Shown: positions 1-6,796 of the stretch, in pieces
How the letters are laid out: every line of letters begins with the position of its first letter
Numbering within the stretch: the stretch's first letter is position 1
Assembly: GCA_964438135.1 (NCBI GenBank)
Contig: CAYTJW010000001.1
Coordinates: 14,791 to 78,790, forward strand
Direction of reading: 5' to 3'
Length of the DNA stretch: 64,000 nucleotides
Source: an uncultured Thermoanaerobaculia bacterium
GTDB taxonomy: Bacteria; Acidobacteriota; Thermoanaerobaculia; Thermoanaerobaculales; Sulfomarinibacteraceae
Translations under genes and position numbers: made by a program
The notes under the pieces: model-generated
Databases searched by the model: none
What the model was told of the DNA's origin: nothing
What the model saw: the letters and a program-made list of their open reading frames with translations, nothing else

Positions 1-459
1 CGCCTCCAGCGGGTACACGATGTTCGCCGGCGTCTTCATGTTCGCTTTGTGCATCCCACTGAAAAACGATCTCCATCGCGGGTAGTAGTCCGGGTTGATG
101 ATCTGTTCCTTGGCGATGTGGAGCGTGGTTCTCGGTTCCATGTTCTGATCCACAGTGGATACGCGGATGACCTCTGATCCTTCAGCCTTCATCACCCGTT
201 TCTCGATGCCACTGGTCTTTTTGGTACACGCGCTGACCAGTGGCGCAGACGGATGCTCCAGGCAGAAAGCCTCGGAAGCGTGTCCGTGGTGGTCGTAGAA
301 AACCCCGGCTGAGTGGCCGTCGCATCCTACCACGAGGACTCCTCCGTTCGGGTGCGGCTCGATCAAGAGATTTTCCAGGACGCCGTTACCCTTGCTGCCG
401 ACTTTCACGCAGAACTCAGCCGCCCATCCGATGAACTCTGCCTTGATCGAGAAGTTCAT
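1..459 (-). CDS. N-terminal 153 codons of the 242-aa beta-clamp-like protein; 3' part cut by the window start, full copy at 43340-44068
   Basis: ATG at 459 preceded by GGAGGG. Identical to 43610-44068. Confidence 0.6.
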   Translation of the reverse strand, partial: MNFSIKAEFIGWAAEFCVKVGSKGNGVLENLLIEPHPNGGVLVVGCDGHSAGVFYDHHGHASEAFCLEHPSAPLVSACTKKTSGIEKRVMKAEGSEVIRVSTVDQNMEPRTTLHIAKEQIINPDYYPRWRSFFSGMHKANMKTPANIVYPLEA

Positions 460-698
460 AGTCCCTCCAGTTCCTTGCTCCCGCAGTGCGGGCACTCGTT
501 GATGATCTCCTTGCGTCCACGTCCGCAGCCGTCCGTGCTCGTGAACTCTATCCAGGTGTGAACCTCATCGCGCTCACCTGCCCAGGAGCAGTCCTCGCAC
601 CGGACAGTGGACTCCATCATACATAGACCGTCCAGCGGCGGGCTGCATTCTTTGCAGCGGCCGAGCGAGTCTTCGTAGTGGCAGTGTGCTTCACACAT
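456..698 (-). CDS. Small Cys-rich zinc-ribbon-like protein (80 aa)
   Basis: GGAGGA RBS 6 nt upstream of the ATG. Several paired Cys motifs (CKEC, CEDC, CPHC). Overlaps the upstream stop. Confidence 0.6.
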   Translation of the reverse strand: MCEAHCHYEDSLGRCKECSPPLDGLCMMESTVRCEDCSWAGERDEVHTWIEFTSTDGCGRGRKEIINECPHCGSKELEGL

Positions 699-1074
699 GC
701 CTTGTCCTCCAGCGTTCCTTGGTCCGTTTGCAGCGGCAGATCTGCGAGCCGCTGCCGTATTTCACGCCATGCCACATGAAGCCGTCGGGGCCACGGAACC
801 ACACATCGGTTCTGGTCCTGGCGAAATTGTGTCTCCCGCGCCTGGATGCCGTCACGCGAAACGAGAGAGTGCCGGGCCAGTTGACGACGTGGCCTATGGA
901 AAGGTAGAGCGTGATCTTGCCGGTCTTCATCATGTGGTCCCGATCCTGCCAGCAACAGCACTCGTAGCAAACCTTTCCGTTGGTCTTGAGATTGACTGCG
1001 TAGCCTGTTCCGCCCTGCTTCTGGACAGGCTTTTCCCTGCCGCACTCGCTGCAAATGAACGTAGCGTTTTCCAT
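691..1074 (-). CDS. Cys-rich hypothetical protein (127 aa, starts MENATFICSECG)
   Basis: AAGGA RBS before ATG 1074. CxxC and CYECCC motifs. The longer 211-aa track ORF has a poor-quality N-terminal extension. Confidence 0.6.
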   Translation of the reverse strand: MENATFICSECGREKPVQKQGGTGYAVNLKTNGKVCYECCCWQDRDHMMKTGKITLYLSIGHVVNWPGTLSFRVTASRRGRHNFARTRTDVWFRGPDGFMWHGVKYGSGSQICRCKRTKERWRTRHV

Positions 1075-1184
1075 GGCTAGTCCTTCGGTTCGTGGTTGAG
1101 GGCGGCCCTGGCTATGTCGTAGTGCTCGAACAGGTTGCCGCTGCCTAGAATGCGCGCCATCTCGACTGATGCGGTTGAGTTGCA

Positions 1185-1421
1185 TCACGCACCCCCTTCG
1201 GGACCATGAACGGCAACAAGAAAGACGCCCAGGGACAAGCAAGACCCAACACCGCAAGACGCGGTTAGAAGAGAAACCCACCCGAGAGCCCATGGGACAA
1301 CCCACATTACGGTCAGAGCCAGGCACAATGCGACTGCAAGGTCGTTATCCCTTCCCACCCCAGGGCGCGAAAGCAGAAATCCCAAAGCGAAGCCGCAAAG
1401 AATGAAGTGGCCTGGGTTCAC
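1185..1421 (-). CDS. Small hydrophobic membrane protein (78 aa, GTG start)
   Basis: GTGA overlap with the upstream stop. 2-3 hydrophobic helices. Ends in the conserved PEGGA junction. Confidence 0.5.
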   Translation of the reverse strand: MNPGHFILCGFALGFLLSRPGVGRDNDLAVALCLALTVMWVVPWALGWVSLLTASCGVGSCLSLGVFLVAVHGPEGGA

Positions 1422-1819
1422 TCCGCACCCCCTTCGGGCTTGGCGAGGGCGGCGCGGGGCTCCTCTTTATTTCTGCTCCACCTTGCTTCGGCGGCGTTGC
1501 GCGCGATTTTGCTCCGTTTGGCTGCGGAAAGGGCCGCAGCACGCGCAGGACCACCTTTCAGCCCTCCTTTTCTGCCAAGTGCTACTGCTTCTGGGCACTT
1601 CTCACGCTCTTTGTTTGGGAGAGGTGCTGCTGTTGCTTGACGCTTTTTCATCTCTTTCTTCGGGCGTGGTCGAGCGCGCGCGTAATCACGGCTACACATC
1701 CCCATGGCCGCGATACGCATGTAACGACCGCACTTCACACATATCCCGAACCCCTTCTTACGATAATGCACAGGTATCCCGTCATCTACTGCAAGGCCGA
1801 TGGCTTTCTGATCGTGCAT
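1418..1819 (-). CDS. Basic protein with a CxxC pair and a KGG...ARW C-terminal motif (133 aa)
   Basis: ATG 1819 in a TGATG overlap behind the GAAGGGGG RBS. CVKCG motif. Lys/Arg-rich. Ends AALAKPEGGAE. Confidence 0.6.
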   Translation of the reverse strand: MHDQKAIGLAVDDGIPVHYRKKGFGICVKCGRYMRIAAMGMCSRDYARARPRPKKEMKKRQATAAPLPNKEREKCPEAVALGRKGGLKGGPARAAALSAAKRSKIARNAAEARWSRNKEEPRAALAKPEGGAE

Positions 1820-2049
1820 CACGCACCCCCTTCGGGCTTGGCGAGGGCGGCGCGGGCGTTGGCGTTCGCGCTGTTGAGGCGGCTCAAGTCCACATCTCTA
1901 CCCCACGCATTCTTGACCGGGTTGCTACAGCACTGTGCAAAGAGATCATCGAAGGCGTCTTGGCAAGAGACCAGCGCCTCCCGCATCCGCTTGTTCTCGG
2001 CCCGGAGAGTGTCGCGCTCCTGCTCCAGAAGGCCAAATTCGCAACCCAC
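1819..2049 (-). CDS. Coiled-coil hypothetical protein (76 aa from GTG 2049; true start unresolved)
   Basis: High GC3 frame with a heptad-like sequence. Ends AALAKPEGGA. A strong RBS+ATG at 2105 lies in another frame. Confidence 0.5.
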   Translation of the reverse strand: MGCEFGLLEQERDTLRAENKRMREALVSCQDAFDDLFAQCCSNPVKNAWGRDVDLSRLNSANANARAALAKPEGGA

Positions 2050-2122
2050 GCCTCGGCGGCCTCGATGCGCCAGTCCTCAACCCCCTTTTGAATTACGGTT
2101 TCCATTCCTTCCCCTCCCATAC

Positions 2123-2338
2123 TTACAATTCAATCCCGCCGTATTCGATATTGATAAGGCAGTCAGTGCAAATGTCCCCTTCTCGCATTTCACCGTGTAC
2201 GGCATACGTCCACTCATGCCGCTCCCCGCCTAACTTTGAACCGCAGCGGTCACACGGACGCCAAGAGAAGCCCAGGCTATCCCCGGTGCATTCAAAGGTG
2301 ATCTTCTCAAGGGCGGCAACAACTTTTGTTCTGCTCAT
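2123..2338 (-). CDS. Small zinc-ribbon-like protein (71 aa)
   Basis: GAGGAGG RBS. CDRCG and CTDC motifs. Confidence 0.6.
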   Translation of the reverse strand: MSRTKVVAALEKITFECTGDSLGFSWRPCDRCGSKLGGERHEWTYAVHGEMREGDICTDCLINIEYGGIEL

Positions 2339-2340
2339 GG

Positions 2341-2538
2341 CTAGACCTCCTCGCCGTGGTAAATCTCGGCCATGGTCAGCCGGTCCAGGAAGTCGAGTTC
2401 CTCACGGTCGCAGAAGTGCATGAGGTCGGCCAAGAGGTCGGTGACGAACTCCTCGGTGCCGTCCCCGGTGTCTCGGTAGGCGGCGTCATACACGGCGTCG
2501 ATGCGCGCAGCGCGGTCTTCGTTGGTCGGCTCAGCCAT
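2341..2538 (-). CDS. Small highly acidic protein (65 aa)
   Basis: AAGGAG RBS. 19 of 65 residues are Asp or Glu, with only 5 Arg and no Lys. Confidence 0.6.
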   Translation of the reverse strand: MAEPTNEDRAARIDAVYDAAYRDTGDGTEEFVTDLLADLMHFCDREELDFLDRLTMAEIYHGEEV

Positions 2539-2794
2539 GGTGGCGCTCCTTATCGTTCATCGGCCAACCCATCTCCGCGCAGGTGTCGGTCACGAGCTTG
2601 ACGATCTTCTTCCCGAGCTTGCTGTCGAGCTTGATCCGCCTCGTGCTGTACTGCCCCGAGTGGTAGTCGATGAACTCAGCGCGTCCGTCGAGGCGCTTTT
2701 TGTAGTAGTACCGCTGCTTCCCTTCGATCGTCGCCGTCAGTAGCGCGGCCTGTTCTTTGGCGCTCCAGACCAGTTCGAGAAACGTGAGCTTCAT
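2531..2794 (-). CDS. Hypothetical protein (87 aa, starts MKLTFLELV)
   Basis: ATGA overlap with the upstream gene at 2794. The longer track ORF has an Arg/His-rich junk extension. Confidence 0.55.
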   Translation of the reverse strand: MKLTFLELVWSAKEQAALLTATIEGKQRYYYKKRLDGRAEFIDYHSGQYSTRRIKLDSKLGKKIVKLVTDTCAEMGWPMNDKERHHG

Positions 2795-3408
2795 CACAGC
2801 ATCTCCTTGCACTTGTACACCGTCCGCTTTTCGGTGACGGTTTCTTCCACGACCTCGCAGTTCCGGCCGCCGGCAGCGGTGATGGTGATGATCACGTCGC
2901 CGAAGGTGCCGGTGTAGTACACGCCGTCGTCTTGGGTCCTGGGGTTCCATCCGATCCCGAGTTCCTCGTGGAAGGCGGTGAGGACGTGTTCCACCATGGC
3001 GATGCTCTCGTCGGCCAGGATCTCGCGGACGCGCTGCTTGGCCGGGGCCATGTACTCGCTGATGTACTGCTCCCTGTAGGAGTCATAGAGATTGCTGCCT
3101 TCATCTTCGTACAGCTTGAGCCCTTGCGCCTTGAGCTGCTCAAGGGCATACTCCGACGCGCCCGCGTTGACCTCGCGCTCGGCCGCGTACATTTCTCTGC
3201 TGTATTCCGGCCAGTGTCCCACCGTGATGAAGATGGCACCCTTGCCGCCGCTCTTGTCCACGGATAGCGATCCGTGACAGCTTTCCTTGATGTGCTTCTC
3301 CAGGTACGGATGCGCACGGAGAACACGCTCAAGGACTCCGTTCGCGGCCATGATCGCGGACAGATCCTTGCGCATCTGGTCGATCTTCGACGCGGTACTC
3401 TTGTGCAT
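2794..3408 (-). CDS. Hypothetical protein (204 aa)
   Basis: GGAGGAG RBS 5 nt before ATG 3408. Balanced composition. Confidence 0.65.
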   Translation of the reverse strand: MHKSTASKIDQMRKDLSAIMAANGVLERVLRAHPYLEKHIKESCHGSLSVDKSGGKGAIFITVGHWPEYSREMYAAEREVNAGASEYALEQLKAQGLKLYEDEGSNLYDSYREQYISEYMAPAKQRVREILADESIAMVEHVLTAFHEELGIGWNPRTQDDGVYYTGTFGDVIITITAAGGRNCEVVEETVTEKRTVYKCKEML

Positions 3409-3568
3409 GATACTCCTCCATTGGTTTTGCCCGTTTTGAAAAGTGGCCGTTGCATCTTCTGTGCGCTGGGTTGCTGCGGCGTTGGCTGTGGATCTCGGCG
3501 GGTCTGGCTGTACTGCTGTGAGGGGCTACAGTCAGCGGTATGATCCAGGGCTTAAAAAAACTGAGGAA

Positions 3569-3643
3569 TGGTGGAAGCGTCGGGAGTCGAACCCGAGTCG
3601 AGAGATTTTAAGTTCCCCGCTCTGCCGTCTGAGCTACGCTTCC
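3569..3643 (-). tRNA. 75-nt tRNA with encoded CCA; canonical fold gives anticodon UAA (nominally Leu) but with a class I short variable loop
   Basis: Hand-folded cloverleaf. Acceptor GGAAGCG/CGCUUCC, D arm GCUC/GAGC, T arm UCGGG-UUCGACU-CCCGA, anticodon loop CUUAAAA. Confidence 0.8.
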
Positions 3644-3697
3644 ACTTTCCCTCCTGAGGGCGTGAGGATCGTCGTCCCCACGCCCTCGTTGCCGGCC

Positions 3698-4132
3698 CTA
3701 CCAGGGCACGTCGTCGCTGCGGGCCGCGTCGTCCATCTCGGGAGCGCGAGGGTCGATCGGCGGCACGTCGTCGCTCGGCTGCTGCTGCGCGGCCTCGGCC
3801 TTCGGCTTCGGGTGGTAGCGTTCCAGGAGGTTGACGCTGTTGGCCCAGATCTTGGTCCAGAGCGTCTTCTGCTCCTTGTCCTGGGACTGCTTGATCATCC
3901 CGGTCACGGCGACCTTGTCGCCCTTCTTGAGCGCCATGGCCCGGACGCGCTCGGCCGTGCTGTTCCAGGTCTGGGTCTCCAGGAAGATGGTCTGCTCCGT
4001 CCAGGTGCCGTCGGGGCCCTTGTAGTCGTCGTCGATGGCGAGGCTGAACCGGGTCATGCGGCCGTCCATGTGAGTGACCGGGTCGCAAGCGAGGCGACCC
4101 TCGGCGATGAGGCGGGTGCTGTTCTGAGGCAT
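3698..4132 (-). CDS. ssb: Single-stranded DNA-binding protein (144 aa)
   Basis: GGAG RBS before ATG 4132. OB-fold-like N-terminal part, Pro/Gln/Ala linker, acidic tail ending DDVPW like bacterial SSB tips. Confidence 0.8.
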   Translation of the reverse strand: MPQNSTRLIAEGRLACDPVTHMDGRMTRFSLAIDDDYKGPDGTWTEQTIFLETQTWNSTAERVRAMALKKGDKVAVTGMIKQSQDKEQKTLWTKIWANSVNLLERYHPKPKAEAAQQQPSDDVPPIDPRAPEMDDAARSDDVPW

Positions 4133-4200
4133 GGTGAACTCCTTTTGTTTTTGCCTCCAGGCGCATTTCCGATGCTGCTCCAGAGGACATTTGCGAGGGC

Positions 4201-4236
4201 GGGTCGCAGCGCCGAAAGCATTCAGCGTTGCGACCC
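4201..4236 (-). other. 12-bp intergenic stem-loop between a 71-aa gene and ssb (no U-tract)
   Basis: GGGTCGCAGCGC ... GCGTTGCGACCC inverted repeat with a 12-nt loop. Confidence 0.4.
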
Positions 4237-4277
4237 ACGGTGCCATGAACGATTCAAGCACTGCCCCTCCTTTGGTT

Positions 4278-4493
4278 TCACGGAGAGACAGAACCCGGAG
4301 CGGAGCGAAGGGTCTTGATGCGCGCTTTGATGACAAGATCCGCGAGGATCATCACGCGCTGCGGCGTGGCGTGTATTTTGCGCATTTCGGTTATTCTCTT
4401 GCTGTTTTTTACGTTGTGGTAGAATTTGTTGCCGTCCGAGCCGATGTTGATGTTGGTGTGGTGCGGGTCTGTGGCCCATACGATCTCGTTCAT
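4278..4493 (-). CDS. Hypothetical protein (71 aa, starts MNEIVWATD)
   Basis: ATG 4493 lies 2 nt after the upstream TAG. Locally lower GC. Confidence 0.5.
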   Translation of the reverse strand: MNEIVWATDPHHTNINIGSDGNKFYHNVKNSKRITEMRKIHATPQRVMILADLVIKARIKTLRSAPGSVSP

Positions 4494-4495
4494 GG

Positions 4496-4999
4496 CTAGT
4501 AGTCCCTCGCTGCTTTCTGGAGTTTGATGAAGTCCTTCTCTCCAAGGCCGTTGCGTAGCTTGAGCCCGATGCTCAGGCACTCTTTGTATGTGGCCTCAGC
4601 CTTTCTGCTGTCTTCGTCGCATCCGGTGTACATGGCCCAATCCTCGAACGAGTTGTAGTCGAGCGCGTCCGCGTCGCTGACGATCGAGTAAACGAACTGG
4701 ATTATGTCCGGTCGCAGCTTCCTTCCAAACACGTCGCACCCGTTGGTCAACGCCATATTTATCGCATCCTGGTACGCGATGGAGCGAGGCGAGAAAGGGT
4801 GCTTCATCTTTTCCATGAGCAGACAGGCTATTCCACTTTTGAACTCCTGTTCCAGTATCAACCTGTCTTCCTTGTAGAGCCAGACCTTCCATCGCGCATG
4901 TTTCCACTCTTTGAACTCTTTCGAGTCCATGTCCGGCTTGAGATACACGAACTCGATGCGCAGCCCCATGTCCTTGATCATTTCGGGCAGTGTCATCAT
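4496..4999 (-). CDS. Hypothetical protein (167 aa)
   Basis: ATGA overlap with the upstream stop, with GAGGAGGA just upstream. Confidence 0.6.
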   Translation of the reverse strand: MMTLPEMIKDMGLRIEFVYLKPDMDSKEFKEWKHARWKVWLYKEDRLILEQEFKSGIACLLMEKMKHPFSPRSIAYQDAINMALTNGCDVFGRKLRPDIIQFVYSIVSDADALDYNSFEDWAMYTGCDEDSRKAEATYKECLSIGLKLRNGLGEKDFIKLQKAARDY

Positions 5000-5742
5000 G
5001 ACCATTCCTCCTCGTGTACGTTCAACCCCATCGCCCACTCGTCGCTCGGCTGGCACAACTCCAGTATGAGCGTGTCGATGATCCCCATCCGTATTGCGAG
5101 GCGATGTCGCTCGTTGGCGTTTCGCTCTCTCTTGTACTCGTTTTCTGCCTCCTGGTAGAGCGTGTAGAGGTCCACCACGTCCATGCGTTGTGCATACTCC
5201 CGCCAAAGGTGCATCGCCTCGGCGTATTCCGCCTTTGCGTAGAGCCGAGCTCTGGCGGCGATGCGTTCCGGGTCCTCGATCCAGCGTCCGTTGACCTTCT
5301 TGAATCCCTGCACTGCATCCTTCTTGAGCGCCAGATCATCCAGCGGCTTCCAGTTCTCATCGAAGCAGTCCAGGGCCTTGGCCGTGTTTCTTCCGGCTCT
5401 TTCCCATCGCGTCCATTCCCAATACTGCCTTGGCTGCATGTCCTGCTGCGCCTCGTCGTCGCCGTAGAAATAACTCCACCAGGACGTGGTTTCCATCGGC
5501 TCCTTGGGCGTGGACGGCTTCCACTTCTGGCTGTGGTAGATTTCCCACCAGACCTGCTCCTCGCCCGCTCCGTAGTATTTCCCACCGGCCCTCTTGAGCA
5601 TCGTGCGCGTGATCGGCGGCAATCCCCTGGCAAGGCCCATGGGCCGCTTGTGAAGCTCAATGCGCTTGCGCGCCTTGTTCCAGAAGGGCATCACGCCGAA
5701 CTTGAAGAACTCGCGATACTGCTTGTCTATGTGGTCTTGCAT
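4996..5742 (-). CDS. Trp-rich hypothetical protein (248 aa, starts MQDHIDKQY)
   Basis: AAGGAG RBS 7 nt before ATG 5742. Confidence 0.65.
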   Translation of the reverse strand: MQDHIDKQYREFFKFGVMPFWNKARKRIELHKRPMGLARGLPPITRTMLKRAGGKYYGAGEEQVWWEIYHSQKWKPSTPKEPMETTSWWSYFYGDDEAQQDMQPRQYWEWTRWERAGRNTAKALDCFDENWKPLDDLALKKDAVQGFKKVNGRWIEDPERIAARARLYAKAEYAEAMHLWREYAQRMDVVDLYTLYQEAENEYKRERNANERHRLAIRMGIIDTLILELCQPSDEWAMGLNVHEEEWS

Positions 5743-5867
5743 GGTTCTGCTCCTTGGGATATGAGGTTCGTCATGCCAAAAAGAACGCCTGAACAACACA
5801 GTGCCGAGGATTCGCTCCTAACACTGCCTGAACTCCTCGCCGCCTACTCCGCATCCTTCCCTAGATT

Positions 5868-5903
5868 TCTCGCGAGACTCGCGCATGGCGCTTCTGTCGC
5901 GAC
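5868..5903. promoter_or_regulatory. Palindromes TCTCGCGAGA and GTCGCGAC (three TCGCG cores) in a divergent intergenic region; candidate operators
   Basis: Perfect 10-bp and 8-bp palindromes within 36 bp, between a - gene (start 5742) and a + gene (start 6043). Confidence 0.35.
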
Positions 5904-6042
5904 TTGCTGCGAAGGACGCGGATGCCCCTCCTACCTCGGTGTCTCACGCCTCCTGATGGAACAAGGTGGCGACTCAATTCCAGAGATCGTCGCCTTTCGC
6001 TCCAACTTCTTCGTAGCGCAAGAGGCCGCATCGAGGCTTCAC

Positions 6043-6318
6043 ATGGACCAGCTTATTGAGCTTGCGGACAAGGCTGATGACAAGAACAAGCAAAGCAAGG
6101 TCGCTTTGCAGATGAAGGCGTTGCTTGAACATGCGGAACGCATTTCTCCGCACTCTTTTGCGAAGGCTCGTCGCCAGTTCGATAGCGTGGATACGCCCGA
6201 GGCCCTGGCGAACAAGCTTGAGAATGCGTTCTTGATCATCGCGCAGCGCAATGCTGCCCGCAAGGCTGAGGGACTTCCCTCAAAGCCCGCTGCGATCGCA
6301 ACCAAACACAAGCCCTGA
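6043..6318 (+). CDS. Lone plus-strand helical protein (91 aa) inside the early region; regulator or T7 gp18-like small-terminase candidate
   Basis: GAGG 6 nt before the ATG. Sensible helical sequence. The antisense ORF here looks like shadow sequence. Confidence 0.5.
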   Translation: MDQLIELADKADDKNKQSKVALQMKALLEHAERISPHSFAKARRQFDSVDTPEALANKLENAFLIIAQRNAARKAEGLPSKPAAIATKHKP

Positions 6319-6598
6319 CGATCATATCGCCGTGACATGGCTTCGGCTTGCACCAGCAAAGCAGATAGACAACGCCGTGTTCGTCTTCGAGCGCGTTGAT
6401 TCTGCGTAAGGCCCGTATAATGTCCTGGTTCCCGTTTTTCATCTCCTTCCATAGCCACTGCCTGTAGAGTTCTATCACCTTCGACCTGTCGCTCTCCTTC
6501 TTCATCTTGAACGGATTGCCAAGGATGCTCGGTCGTGCGATGTTGACTGTCTTCAACTCCGTACTCCATACCTGTCTGTGTGTCGCTACGATGATCAT
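6236..6598 (-). CDS. DUF4326-family protein (120 aa)
   Basis: AAGGAGG RBS. GNPF, LLCWC and CHGD motifs typical of DUF4326. Its 3' end overlaps the convergent + gene by 83 nt. Confidence 0.7.
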   Translation of the reverse strand: MIIVATHRQVWSTELKTVNIARPSILGNPFKMKKESDRSKVIELYRQWLWKEMKNGNQDIIRALRRINALEDEHGVVYLLCWCKPKPCHGDMIVRACVWLRSQRALREVPQPCGQHCAAR

Positions 6599-6702
6599 CT
6601 CGACCTCCTTCTGTTCCTTCTCGGACGCCTCATGCACTGGCACACACACTCAACCACCAAGCACAACGCAATCATCGCCAACCAGATCGCCGCAGCCTCC
6701 AT
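6595..6702 (-). CDS. 35-aa single-TM peptide with an Arg-rich tail; first gene of the leftward operon
   Basis: AAGGAGG 5 nt before ATG 6702. ATGA coupling to the DUF4326 gene. High GC3. Confidence 0.5.
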   Translation of the reverse strand: MEAAAIWLAMIALCLVVECVCQCMRRPRRNRRRSR

Positions 6703-6730
6703 CTTCGCCTCCTTGGCTGTTGTTGCAAGC

Positions 6731-6757
6731 TGAAACAAATTGAAACATGTTGAAACA
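6731..6757. repeat. Three TGAAACA direct repeats with exact 10-bp phasing
   Basis: TGAAACAAAT TGAAACATGT TGAAACA, between the putative leftward promoter and the first early RBS. Confidence 0.8.
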
Positions 6758-6768
6758 GAGAGCATGGC

Positions 6769-6796
6769 ATTTAAGAACCCGGAGTTCCGGTTTCCA
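6769..6796 (-). promoter_or_regulatory. Candidate leftward (early) sigma70-like promoter, TGGAAA-16-TTAAAT
   Basis: Hexamers read on the minus strand. The spacer contains the palindromic arms CCGGA/TCCGG. Confidence 0.3.

Noticed and set aside
2082-2088. A AAG GGG slippery-looking heptamer as a -1 frameshift site joining the METVIQ ORF to the coiled-coil frame
   Set aside because: After a -1 slip here the new frame hits TGA two codons later (2077-2079), so it cannot produce the fusion.
3569-3643. Reading the tRNA as an ochre (UAA) suppressor with anticodon UUA
   Set aside because: This needs a register with C at position 33 and a mismatched stem end. Phage genes use TAA, TAG and TGA stops normally, with no sign of in-frame stops needing suppression.
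5014-6042. Upstream 343 codons of the 434-aa plus-strand ORF 5014-6318
   Set aside because: Antisense to the well-supported 248-aa minus-strand gene, with a junk-like translation. Only the last 91 codons (6043-6318) look like a real gene.
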